A DNA stretch of 58,385 bases, the filler included, from Sphacelaria rigidula (Eukaryota): assembly GCA_964200075.2 (NCBI GenBank). It is 8 parts of 8 records of this genome, joined end to end, with 100 filler letters (N's around TTAATTAATTAA, not from the genome) between each part and the next. Parts side by side here need not be neighbours in the genome. Positions count along the whole stretch, not along the records: positions 7,312 to 14,522 come from CAXNAA020015944.1; positions 14,623 to 21,833 come from CAXNAA020015945.1; positions 21,934 to 29,144 come from CAXNAA020015946.1; 5 more parts are not named here. One strand, given 5' to 3'. The notes under the pieces were generated by a model. That model ran no database searches. It was not told the origin of the DNA and saw only the letters and a list, made by a program, of their open reading frames with translations. Positions 11,001-23,142 of this stretch are shown here, piece after piece. The position numbers and the translations under genes were made by a program. Position 1 is the first letter of the stretch. The number at the start of each line of letters is the position of its first letter.

Positions 11001-11395
11001 GAGCAGCGTGGCGCTGCGGACACGCCGTGCATGCTGGAAGCAGCAGAGGTGTGTGATCCGCGTGAAGAGGGTAGGCAGAGCGACCTTCAGGCTTGTGATG
11101 CTATTAGCGGTCATAATTCCTACATCAACGTCGAGTGTTGCGTAGTGTTGGGGTGGTCGTATGCACCGCTATTCACATGGACAGGTTTGTCGTGCTTGGC
11201 GGCGTTGATCGAGGTGTCCATGTCGCTGCATGGTCAGGTGCTTGAGGAGGATGATGTGATGCCATCGGAAGGTGTTGCTGTGCGGGACTGTATGGTTGTT
11301 TGCGTTTCGCCTCTCGTTTTCTTTGAAGAAACAACTGAAGCACGAGCTTTCGCTGATCCTCAAGCATCTGTGGGAGCAGAGGCTTTGTCGTACTG
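8010..11395. pseudogene. Decayed fragments of one repeated element, possibly LTR-retrotransposon gag/leader
   Basis: Broken minus-strand frame EIPYYGRKFSSKKSAEFLLQYDKYLREVEQVN...LLFGLRKHA (8010-8486); 8530-8850 is an inverted diverged copy of 10060-10350; 9285-9395 is a direct copy of 11255-11380. The gag assignment is tentative. Confidence 0.4.
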
Positions 11396-11399
11396 GTTC

Positions 11400-12097
11400 C
11401 ACACCCTGGACAAAAGACATGGTAATGGTATATTGCTGCACAAATAGCTACGGTGATGATCATATTGGTATCTGTTGTGGAGAACAATGACTGCAACATA
11501 TATTTGGCCATATCCATTGCTGGAAACAATGTACTGGGTGATGTTTTCATCGATATATATTTTTACTGGCAATGATGTATGAAATATTACACCGATGGGC
11601 ACTGGTCGGTAACGGTAATTGTTTTGTACATGCCACCGAGACACATCGTGCATGGAAATGGACAATGAAAAGTTCATGTCAATACACATGGTCCTTCGCC
11701 ATAGATTCCGAAAATTCACATCAATATAAATGGTTTGTGACAATGAATTTTCGAAACGTTCCATCGATATACATGGCCAACGGCCATAAATTCTTGCATT
11801 ACTGACCGATAGATACGGCCGGTAGCGATAGATTTTGGACTTTTCCATCGATATGCATGGTCCATGCCAACAGATTTCATGGGGTTCCGTCATTGTATAC
11901 TGCGGTAGACGACAACATGCAAGAAAATCGGACACGGTGGTCAATTTCCCTCATGACCCATGCGGACGGGGACTGATTTTAAGTTGTGGCGATTGATGGC
12001 ATCGGCAAAGGACCAACATATATTTGTTGTCCATCGCCGTCCCCAGGGACGACAAGCCGTCTAGTTCTATGGAAATTTATCGATATCCAGTGTGTGT
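11400..12097. mobile_element. Non-autonomous DNA element with a degenerate ~43-bp internal tandem array
   Basis: Termini CACACCCTGGA / TCCAGTGTGTG; repeated TTCCATCGATATRCATGG-type units at ~11670-11930. No clear TSD. Confidence 0.5.
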
Positions 12098-12232
12098 TAG
12101 ACCAAAGACACTTGTCGCAGGGACACTCTTCATTACAACCTGTTATTGAACAACCATCAGGTTACCAGCACACCATCACTTCACTATAGTATGTGTCACC
12201 TTGTGCTTTACCCCAACTTTACTCCTTGTTAC

Positions 12233-12508
12233 GGTTCGAACCTCTCTCCCCTTCTGCGTGACCAGACCGGTCTCGAGGGATCAATCCACTTCCCCCCGTT
12301 ACACCTTGCGTGTTGATCCTGCGTAGTGGGACAGCACGTCCGCCCCACGTCAACTGTCGTCAAACAAACTCAGCCTAGTACTCTGTTTAGTCATGTTCTC
12401 ACGCTTTCCACGGTGAAATTCAAATATTTTGGAGAAGCTCACCGCATCGGAATTCTAAAACTCGTCATCAGCACCCTAATGGTGACCACTGGACCGCCAG
12501 GGCGCGAC
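12233..12508 (-). mobile_element. tRNA-derived SINE family 1 (diverged)
   Basis: GTTCTCACGCTTTCCACGGTG core and CACCCTAATGGTGAC head region shared with the other copies. Confidence 0.7.
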
Positions 12509-12574
12509 ACCCCTAGTTTCCCATTCGAAACAGTAATGAACCCTCGCACTGCACGTTTGGATCAGACGAAGTCC

Positions 12575-14522
12575 AACAAGCTGATTCGGAGCCGCTCCGT
12601 ACTCGTTCTCCCACGAAAAATCTTCCTCTTCCCCCATATCAGTCTCAGGCTCAAGAGAAAAGTTCAACACCTCAACCTCCTCTAGCATTTTTTTGTCTGT
12701 GAACCGACTTGGCACGGCTTTCGATGCCTGCTCATCCGTTAGCTGTGGGATGTCTACAGGGATGTTGTCGAACTGGCCCCGCAGATACAAGGCAATTTCG
12801 AGATTGGCGGGGTCGACGCCACCACGCTTACGGGGCTGAAACATATCCGCGACACAGAAGTCACGCTCCATTACTCCCCCGGAGGAAGGTGCACCAAACA
12901 CCGCCTGCGCCAGGGACCGAAGGTGAGGCAAGTCTTCTTTGCCGTGGGCCCGCCAATACTCGATACCGTCCAGTTTCTCCTCCTCTTTCCAGATCTGTAA
13001 CCCGGAGCGACGAGAACAAATATGATATTGGAAGCATGGCAGTGGCATACGGTTCGCCAGCGACCTCCACTCTAGCGTCCTATGTTTCTACGACATTCTC
13101 GCCATGATCACAAGGTATGTAATTGAACTGCTCGGTACATGCGTCTGTGAAAAAAAAAGACTATGAGTCAATGCGGTGAAGTGATGGTGATGTGTGCGTT
13201 AAGCTCCGTTGAAATGCTTGAGAAACAATCCCAATGCTTGGCGTCGTTTTTTTTTTTCATGGAGATGAGTCAAAGAACGGGAACGTGCGATGCAGAAATA
13301 GTGATACATCGCAACCCACACACCTTGGCGTTTTTCCATGCCTTGATGAGGACGGTGGCTTCTTCCTTGGGAGTGGACTCGGGGGTGCTCGCAGCTTCCC
13401 CCTCCTCGTCGCTGCTTGAGTCCATGATGCCCCCCGCGGCGAACTCCTCCCGCCGTGGATCGACAGCGGCGCCGGTGGCGGTTTTAAACCGCTTCACCAC
13501 TCGCGGCTCGACGTCGACCACGACGGGAGCCGTTTTCGGCCTGCCCTTGCTCTTAGTGATCGCTCCCGCGAGGAGATCCTCAACCTGGCCAATCATTACT
13601 GTCCTCACGTTCTCTACTGGCTTCGTGAAGCCTCCCAGCGTTCAGACTGTCGAATTCTTCAGCTTATTGAGATACTTCAGAGCACGCTCGCCCGGAGTCA
13701 AGAACATGGCCATGTCATACCTGTGGCTGTGTGACGAGAGGCCTTTCCCATAATGCGGTGATACAAACCGCCTGGCCACGCCCCGTGCAAACGCCTCGCC
13801 AGTGACTCACTCTCGCGACACTTGTCAAGTCGGCGGAGGGTCGTACCTCCGGTTCCACGTCCTCTCTGTACCCTGCCCGACTGCCCGCACATGCCTCACC
13901 TTGAGTGGTTTTTCCGGGTCCAAGGCGATGGTGGCGACTAGGACCAGGCGTTGTAGTCCACCCCGCGCGGTTGACTCGTACGTCATTTGTGAATACACAA
14001 TAAGCCCCGTCACCTCATTGACGATACTGTACACCTCCTCGACCTGAGAACGTAAGATTGTTGTCAAACGGTTTAAACAGGCGTTAAGTGACGCTCGAAC
14101 AAGACAACAATCTCGTCATGACTCGATCAAGGAGAGGGGCGGCATGAGGATTTCGCCACCACGATGGGTCGGGGTGTTCCAAGAATCACGGGTCACATGG
14201 ATCACGCTTTGTCAACCTATAGCGGCCAGCGTCCGCGAAGCATTGCAACAGCAACTTCGTATGTGTGCCGCCGATATACCAGGCACGGACACACTAATCT
14301 TCGGCTCACCTCATCCTTCTTGCCGGTCAAGTGAAAGGGTTTCCACTTGGCCAAGTAAAATGTCCTCAGGGCGTCCCATCTCTCCAGAACACGCAGCAGC
14401 ATCTGGCAGACGCTTATCCAGCGCTGGGCAACGGCTTGCGACAGCTTTGCCTTGAAGCCCTCTCCTCCCGACATTTCGTCGATGATATCCTCCAGGGCAA
14501 TCTGCTCATAACAGTGGTTACG
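12575..14522 (-). pseudogene. hAT-superfamily transposase pseudogene with introns, 5'-truncated by the scaffold end
   Basis: QRWISVCQMLLRVLERW (hAT TRWNS-like motif), YDMAMFLTP (LDPR-like) and the C-terminal dimerisation domain EYWRAHGKEDLPHLRSLAQAVFGAPSSGGVMERDF...KRGGVDPANLEIALYL; GT-AG intron 14309-14044; in-frame stops and frameshifts. Confidence 0.88.
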
Positions 14523-14699
14523 NNNNNNNNNNNNNNNNNNNNNNNNNNNNNNNNNNNNNNNNNNNNTTAATTAATTAANNNNNNNNNNNNNNNNNNNNNN
14601 NNNNNNNNNNNNNNNNNNNNNNGCCAACCGACGCCAACCCCATCGGGGGTCCGCCCCTACAACGCCGGGACGGAGCACGCCGGATTCTCGCCGACTGAA

Positions 14700-16662
14700 G
14701 TACGGGGGAGGGGGAATGATTACCATGATGGGTATGCTGTATAACTGAATCTGAGAAAACGAGTACCGACCCCAGAGGTGAAGAGAAAGAGTAGTAGTCA
14801 ACCTTTCCAAAAAGGGAGGCAAGGCTGACCCAGGAAATGATGGAGGGATAACGCTACTGAACACGCTAGCGAAAACGTTTTGTAAGATTCCGAATATAGA
14901 GTAGGAACGATACTATCAAATGAAGACAAAATCAGCGGGGCACAAGCAGGGTTTAGGCTTAACCGTAGTTGCGCAGACCACGTGTACACACTAAGTAAGA
15001 TTATTCAAGGTAGCAAAGACGCCGGGCTCACAACGTACTGTTTCTTTCTGGACGTACAAAAGGCCTATGACACAGTATGCAGGAATAGACTGTGGAAAAA
15101 GTTGTGGGAAACTAGGATCAGAGGAAAGATGTGGAGAATGGTGAAGAAGATGACAGTGTGGCAAAAGTGCCATGATGCTAGACGGGAAAATATCCAAGTA
15201 TTGTGATATTTTACAAGGAGTTGCACAACTATGTACGTTATCACCCGCTTAATTTAAGGTATTTATTAATGACCTGATGATAGCAATAGAAGCAGCAAAG
15301 GAAGGAGTCAAGGCGGGTAAAGGTACAGTATCACGATGGATGTTCGCGGATGATCATGTGAGTGTATCAGGAACAGCAGAAGGATTGCAGAAACAAACGA
15401 GAGGATACGCTAGAATACACTGGGAAATGGAGGGTGACAACGAACGTTAACAAATACGCGGTACTCGTACGTAACAAAGATGAGGAAAATTCGGTAAAGT
15501 TCAAATGGAAGTGGAGGGAAGAGGAACTGCCGATCGTGGACCATTACTCATACCTTGGCGTGGAGATCTCAAAAAACTGTTCTTGGGATGCAATAGAAAA
15601 GGGTACGGCACAGATAGGCAGGATGGACGTGATCTTCGGAGACTTGCACCTAGATACTACATTTAAGAGATGTCCGTGATGAACGTGATTGTACCAAAGC
15701 TGGAATATGTGAGGGAGGTATGGGAGGAGAACGTGAAGTTGGTGAAGAAGTTGGAAACAGTACNNNNNNNNNNGATCGCAAGAGCTAAGAAGAGACTTGG
15801 ATGCTCGAAAACGACGAGTAATACAGTTTCGAGAGCAGATTTAGGAATGTACCCACTCGAAACAGAGACGTGAGGAAATTGAGGTGGCAGTATAGCGTAA
15901 AGAACATGCAGAGACAGAGGTTGCTAGCCATAGTGAATGGGGCTGTATGGAAAAAAATTACGAAAGGGCAGACTGGAATAAGATGGGATAGAGAAGCCAA
16001 GAAATTATGGAAGGAGACGGGGGGAAACCGAGACGAAATGCCCTCCATAAATGAAAACGCGGGGTACGAGGCAAAAGTAAGAGATATGAAAGAAATAAGG
16101 GAAACAGAAGCGCTCAGACGCAAAGTGGACGAGGACGGACACCTGAAGATATACGGGGGGTTGAGAGAGGGGATAAGGGTGAAAAATATCTGCATGGCCC
16201 AATGGACGGGGCGTGAAGTTTGAAGCTGCGATTTCGGGTGGGGGACGTGGACCTGCCAGAAAGGAGAAAGATATAAACGAGAAGTTGAGAGGAGGAGGAA
16301 GCACAGCATTGCCTGCCAAAGCAATAGAGAGCAGAAGGCATATAGTGGCAGAATATGAGCTATACAAAGAGGAACAGGACGTGCTACGGGGGAAAATGCG
16401 GGACGTGGACGGCGGTGGGATGAAATCGTGTGATGCATTAGACAGTGGGGAGAAAACGAGGGCTATACTAGGAGATGGATGGTGGCCACAGACGGCGAAA
16501 CAGGACGGGGATAGAGTATGTAAAAGTTTTTGTCTAGTGTATGGAAAAAACGTCGTTAGCACCTAAATGTTGGACGTGTCTCTATTTGAAGGAGCGGTGC
16601 TCCGTCGCGCAAGGAATGCGTGGTCAATGATCTACCGACTAAGGCAAGCAACAAATGAGTAC
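14700..16662 (+). mobile_element. Decayed non-LTR retrotransposon (LINE): RT domain, C-terminus and 3' end
   Basis: QAGFR...DHVYTL...FLDVQKAYDTV...QGVAQ..TLSP...FINDL...MFADD reverse-transcriptase motifs across frameshifts; degenerate ESRRHIVAE zinc-knuckle region; ends AAATGAGTAC then a C-run. Lies in an intron of the CobW gene. Confidence 0.9.
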
Positions 16663-16722
16663 GCCCCCCCCGCCCCCGTCCCCATTGCCCGACTGTTCTC
16701 ATTCTACCCGGCCCTATTCTAG

Positions 16723-19700
16723 GTTGCTGTCGATGACGAATTGCTTGGGGATGGCGGGGTGGAGCGGACAGAGGAAGCGCAACAGGTACGAGTGCGTGTA
16801 AGAAAGGGAATAGCTGTGGCACGATTTGATCGTGAGCCTGCCGTTTCTATTTGCAACCAACTGGAGCAGGTGGAGTAATTTAACCCTGAATCGTGGAGCA
16901 GGTGGAGTATTGAACCCCGTAGTGTGTATTATATCTCTGTAGTTGGGAAGCGAACTTTAGTTCGTAAGGTTTTACTCACGTGCTGTGATATCTGGCATGA
17001 TCGAAGGTAACCACTGAGATTGCCAACCCGAACACCCCGTGGGGGCGGAAAGTTGCGATCGCGATTGGGTCTCCCGTGATCTGTTTGCTTGACATGCTCG
17101 CCTGGAATCATGTGTTGATCCCGTTTTCCCGTGTGCATGGACTGCAACTCTGTATCGAAAATACGTACGAGCGTCAGGCGTACTTCATGGTAACACGAAC
17201 GTCAGGTGTACTTCACCGTAGCCACAAGATGAGTTAATCGATTGATTGATCGATTGTTCCCTAGGGATCCAGCCGTGGTCACATGATGGACGGTGGTGAC
17301 TACACACTGCATACTGTCAAGCGCCAAGGGTTCTGCTCAGGTGTTGGCTATTTCCGGTGTCCTTGCACCACAAGAACAGCAATACACCACACAACGCACT
17401 TTTCGTCAGCATTTCTCGCACGCCCCCTCGCAGGTGATTCTCATGCCCAATGGATGCATGTGTTGCCGTGTACGAGGCGACCTTGTCGCTGCCCTTAGGC
17501 GGCTGATCGTAGGAGTTATCGGGCAGTCGACAACTGAGCAGGCAACCTCATCTCCAGCTGGACTGGTACCCAACCAAGACGGTGCGAGTGAGGCGGACCC
17601 GGCAAAAGTCAGTGGAGGTCAAGGTGGGGGCGGCGATGTTACGGGTCCAACCGTCGGGTCAGCTAATCTGGACGGTGTCATAATTGAGTGCTCGGGTCTT
17701 GACGAGCTTGCTCCTATACTGCAAGTAAGTATAGCTCGGATTGCTACTCAGAAATAAAGATCGGAACTTTCGATTGCACCCTGCCGATTTTGCAAGATCC
17801 ACCATTTCGAACGCACGCGCGCTGCACATCCGGCTCTGTCGACTATCGGCACAAGCCACTCTTGTTACGTTTTAACCATTGCCGTCTACCGTTCCTGGTA
17901 CGTTCTGATTCTCACTTTTGCCAGACGTTTTTCGCTGACCCCTTCGTGCAAGAGCACATGCGCCTTGACTCGGTGGTATGTCTATGCGATTCGCCGCGGT
18001 TATTGCGCACGCTGATTCCGTCAAGTGTTATTGGAGAGACCGCTGACTCTATTGGTGCACAAGCGGTGGCTGGGACTGCGGATGCGCTTGCTCCAAGTGC
18101 CACCGATGCAAGTGCCACGCTGGTAATGAGCCAGCTGGCTCTTTCGGACCGGGTACTACTGAACAAATCGGATCTCATAACTTCTAGCGAGGTAAGCATC
18201 GCCTTTTGACCGCCGGAACGTAACTATCCACGCACCACCCGTCGCTGACCCATGATGGACTTCTTTCGCATCACCCGAAATACTTCGCTTCAGTGTCTCA
18301 GAACTGCGGGTGGTGTGCCCGTGGGTGGATCGAAGAGAATGTCCCGTACAGCTCCGCCAGAATGTTACAGCTCAACAATCCACGCAGTCGCTGGTACCAG
18401 TCGCGTGCAAATCACAGTCGTTGCTATTTTTCGGTGTGATCAGGGGAACGCGCTGGTAGAGGCAGTGAAGAGGCATTTTCCTGGTGCCTCGGCTACGCTA
18501 TGTGTTCGAGGCGGCGTTGATATTGACCTGGTTCTCGGCGTGGAAAGCTTCTCTCTAGATAACGCTTTGGAGGTAAGCTTTTCCGATGGCAGCGGTCAGT
18601 TTTTCTTGCTCGTGATGTGACACACAGGTAGAAGAAGGGTCTACTGTAGCGGTTTATTTTCAGCAAAGGACAGGACGACTGAAATGCTCCAATTGTTGCT
18701 ATCTTCCGCGATGTAGCCACTATTTTAGTGCATATCCCCAATGTCAGGCAGCATGATGTGCAACACCAGGAGTCCCCTCTGTCTCTTGATTCGCATTCAG
18801 CCTAGAGTTTCTCGTTGGTACGTGCCGCATGTTTTCACTCAAGATGGACCAGCACTTCGCGGACATCCTGAAGGATTCGGATCTGGTGGGTGTCGCTCAC
18901 AGCCATCAGCACCACGGCGACGGAGACAAAGACACGGAGCGAGACGGTAAGGGCAGTCCTAACGCGCCGGACACTCGCACGCATGGGCACGATCGCCTTG
19001 GTGCAAGGAGTGTGGGGGTGGAGCTGACGGACGGCCCGATCGACTGGGTCAAGTTCAAGCAGTGGCTCAAGGATTTCCTGGAGGAGGAAAAAGAGCGGAT
19101 ATGGAGGCTGAAGGGTGTGTTGTGGACAATTGCATCTGGCGCGACAACGCCCTGGGGCACGGGAGCTGGAAGCCGCACGGTGGTGCAGGTGCGATCCAAG
19201 GGGTTAGGTCTCTGCTACGAAACTTACGCAATGGGTAGTCTACAAGGCGCGGCTCTCTGCTGTACTGTAGCTGTGACAACACGGAGATTAGCCCCGGAGG
19301 CCATTCAGCTTCTCATGACATAAGCGACACTTTCTACGATAGCCCCCCGCCCCAGAAAAAAAAACAGCCCAAAAGTGTCGCGGAAAATATGAACATACAG
19401 CGCCTGATGTTGGGGTTCAGGCTGCACGAAGCGCATCGTATGGGCGACATTGGCAAGAACGAACCCAAGCGTGGAAATTCCCAGCTGCTCATTGTGCTCG
19501 GCTTTTTCATTTATGTGAAGATTTTGCCTCCCCAAACCATGCACTTTTTTGTGGGGGGGCTATCGTAGAAAGTGTCAAGCAATGGGGGCAACTCCCGGCA
19601 AACGCTCTGCTGCTCGCTCATGTGCCCGCAATGACCTTCGAACGTGGCGTTCACGGCACACGAGTGCCTAACGTCATTTCCGCGTGGCAACACCACTCGT

Positions 19701-20000
19701 CTGTTCTCCGTACATTGACAGGGTCTCTACGGCCACTTCGAAACCGAAGTTGGCGACTGGCCCGCTGGAGCAACCCGCCGCACTCGCCTGGTGTTCATCG
19801 GCGACCTGCCCTCCGCGGTACAAGAGAGCCTTAAAACCGGGGTGCGCTCGTGTGTCGCGAAATCGGCTCCTCGCCCCGCACCGCCGCCCACTCGAAAAGC
19901 CACGACGAGCCTGAGCGGAGGAGCGGGTGGGACAGGGTTTGCCAACCGCTTTGGAACGGTCAAATTTGGGGGCAGAGATGATGATAATTTTCTGCTGTGA
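16723..20000 (+). CDS. cobW: COG0523/CobW-family (ZNG1/CBWD-like) G3E P-loop GTPase metallochaperone, 5'-partial
   Basis: Exons 16723-16785, 17434-17724, 17925-18191, 18444-18572, 18844-19188 and 19722-20000, all GT-AG and phase 0, splice into one open frame. Motifs: NGCMCCRVRGDL (CxCC), DGVIIECSGL (Walker B/ExxG), QLALSDRVLLNKSD (NKxD), His-rich linker, CobW_C IWRLKGVL...VVQGLY...RLVFIG. The Walker A exon is not on this scaffold. Confidence 0.92.
19326..19576 (-). mobile_element. MITE family A, complete (251 bp), in the last CobW intron
   Basis: Perfect TIR GACACTTTCTACGATAGCCCCCC / GGGGGGCTATCGTAGAAAGTGTC; AAGC duplicated on both sides. Confidence 0.9.
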
Positions 20001-20799
20001 ACTTTTGTGGGGCGGGTGAGGGTTCGAGGGTGTGTATTTTGTAATTAGTCAGCGGAGTGACGGAAGAGGCAGGATTGATACGTTTCTTTTCTATTTTGAA
20101 GAGGCTCAATGATTCTAGATTCGTGCGAAAATACTTGTTTTTGATTCGGTCGACTGAGGCGATGTCTCAGCGTGTATCATGGCGTGTATTGCCTCATCAT
20201 TCCAGCGCGAATGTCGAACGTGGAATGGTTTCCCCTGCCTATCGTTCATCGTTAAATACCCTTTGACAGCTGCATTCGAAGCAAAGTAGCTTTTGTACAG
20301 CAAAGTCCTCGTTCCTATCAATCGCGCCAGAACGTGGCCTCCAGTGTTCGCGCATCCGAACAGGAATGAACGTACGCCAAGTACCCAGGTGGGCAACCGC
20401 CAGGTGGATGGCGGCGAGTCAGGGATGCTCAGTACAGTTTACTAAAGTTTTCAGACCCACCCCCAGGAGGGAAATGTCAACTTTTGGACACCGAACATAT
20501 CAGAACAACAAAGCAAAATCATGTAGGTTTCGGTCCCACATTGGAATCGATAAGTCGTGACATGACACTGAAACCAAACCGAAGGCGAGTGGATTGTAAC
20601 ACTGGACCACATGAACCCAGTAGTTCGTGACACGAGGGTACTACATGGTTTGTTTCATATTACGCTGAAGGGAATTTTCATTGAACAATGTTTTCGTGAG
20701 ACGGAGAGTAGAAGATATGATTGAGAGTGAAAAGCAGTCAAACAGTGAATGAATCGTTTCAGTTCCGAAATGCCCCTCCACGAGGCCCGATATCATTTA

Positions 20800-20960
20800 T
20801 GTAGTGGCTTGCCACTGAGGCCCTCGATATCCCTCAGTAGGATATCAACGTGTAGCTGTAAGCACACGCTAGTGATGGAGGCGAAGAGAACCGCACACGG
20901 AATGAAAAATTGGCCAAGTTGAAGCGAATGATCAAAGCCACTCTCAATCAGCGCTCTACT
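20800..20960. repeat. Dispersed repeat with an inverted copy at ~37815-37960
   Basis: TTGCCACTGAGGCCC...GATATC...TGTAGCTGTAAGCA is present as a reverse complement at 37900-37950. Confidence 0.55.
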
Positions 20961-23142
20961 CTCAATCTCACGAATACGTTGTTATTGGTCGTTATCCACG
21001 GCATGCAAACATATTTTGGGAACCACCTTCACCGTACAAACGTACGTACTACGTTATTATGTAAGATCAGCTCCAAAGGTAACTTATTGGGCACACGCGC
21101 AGCTTTCATTGTGCGCAACGCCTTCTATACAATCGGGCGCCGCAACAGATGAAGGAATATGATGCGTTACTTTATTTCTCAGGGCTGAGGCCATATTTTT
21201 GGAAACTAACCTGTATTTACACAAATCTGAGGATTTCCTCCCGTTTACATGCAATTTGCTCCCGTGGATTGAGTCTTCGGACCCCAGTCCATTCGGCAAT
21301 GTTTTTCGGCTAGCTGTGAGAGAAGCAGATGAATCCTCAGATTCTGTGGGTGTTGATGTTTTGTATGTCATAAGTCACCTTTCTTCTCGGATCGAGTCCC
21401 TTGCTTCAACCCACGAAATCTCGACAAAGAGCCCGCCAACTTTCATCCTGAGGGGAACACCGAAGTTAATTGCCCAGGCCGTTTCTTTTCGGCATGGGGT
21501 AAATCCCCCTAAAACACTTCATTGGCGATTCAGCGCCTGTTCTTGCTGCAAAAAAGGCTTGGCCGATTGTGCCACTCTGAAATACTGACGGTGCTCTCGG
21601 AAGTGATTATTCAGGCGCAATTTCCCGAACGTTCGTACGCCTTGCTGGATCTTTGACCAGACCAGCGATTCGCCACAAGCCAAAAAGTGATATTTTTTCT
21701 GCAATGACTCTAGGGTTGTTTTGAAAAAGTCGAGAGAGATTTTGGCCTGAGCCAGAAGTAGTTCGGCAAAACGGCAAAAAACAACAAATTGTGAGAATTG
21801 AGGTTTAACTTCGAGATGAGGCTCAAGCCCAAANNNNNNNNNNNNNNNNNNNNNNNNNNNNNNNNNNNNNNNNNNNNTTAATTAATTAANNNNNNNNNNN
21901 NNNNNNNNNNNNNNNNNNNNNNNNNNNNNNNNNGAAGTTCCCCGACCTTTGTAACGGCGAAAGAGAAAGCCCCGTAAGCATGCCCCCAAGAACGCGCGCG
22001 CATCATTACGTACACCTCTTTCTAGCGGAAATCCTCGACCTCAATCTCTCCAAAATGCGACGACTTTGAGCTCGACGGCTCTATCAAGTATCCCGGAAGA
22101 AACAAAATCACATAGTTCTGACGGCACTACTTCTTCAATGGACGGCTCCAACCCCGCACATCCTGGATCCCCCTTTGACGGTGATCCTTGTCAACCAAAG
22201 ACGATCATTTACGAAATCGCCAATGACCGTGTCACACCTGGAAATAAAATACCGTCCACCCCCTCCTCTGATGAGACATCTGACCCACCGGCGGATCATC
22301 CGCCGTCCGTTTTTGCTGTCAGCCCCGCTGATCCTGACCAGTTCACCTTGCCGGAACACGGTCCGGAACTTGTCGGTGGCAAAGTGTCTGTAGATCCGGC
22401 CACTTTCACTACTTGCGTTGCGATCCATGCCGGCCCAAACGCTATCACGCCTACGAAATTCGTATCCTCGTTGGACAGCGGCAGTCCGCAAGCATTATTT
22501 CGATAATCAATATGGAAACACATGAAACAGACTGGCGCTGCTACTGCAGAGCTTGTGAAACCACCACCGAACCTCGCGTGTGGGGTGGTTTCGGTGGTTC
22601 TGCCGCGCCAGTGACGACACGAAAATCAATACGTCTCAGTGTACAGTTCTTTCACAACACCACTCAATCTGCCAGCCTGGCAGTCTAGGCATACGTTGTC
22701 CCCGACAGCATCATGCATCACGCCATATTATTGGGCAGAGACAGCTATTTGCGGTTTAATAAACGAACCTACCGCACGCTTCCACCACTAACGCCACATT
22801 CCACGCCGCGTGGAGCATTCGACCTCGAGCACTTCGGTACTCTTTACGGCGCCCTGGCTTATCGGAAGAATCCTCAAGCAACCGGAGCCGCTCACCACCT
22901 ACGATATAACGGTAGCGTAGGGTATTACACTCTCCGACGACCCCCAACTTCTTGAAGTTGCACTAGTTGGCCGAAATGGCATACCAGCACTTACGGGCCA
23001 TTATCTTAATGAAATATTACCCCGTATTGGCGCACCAGCCGACACAGAACATTTTGTGTCGGCGGGACAACAACTCCTACCTCTTACGGGTCATGCTAAC
23101 TTGGAACTCGGCGATGTTTAAGGAATCGCCGCTGCTCCCCTG

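Noticed and set aside
11360-11944. 194-aa repeat protein ORF
   Set aside because: The peptide repeats come from a DNA tandem array whose period is not a constant multiple of three.
13163-13753. 196-aa plus-strand ORF, and similar ORFs opposite the LINE and gypsy pol
   Set aside because: Antisense shadows of transposon coding sequence.
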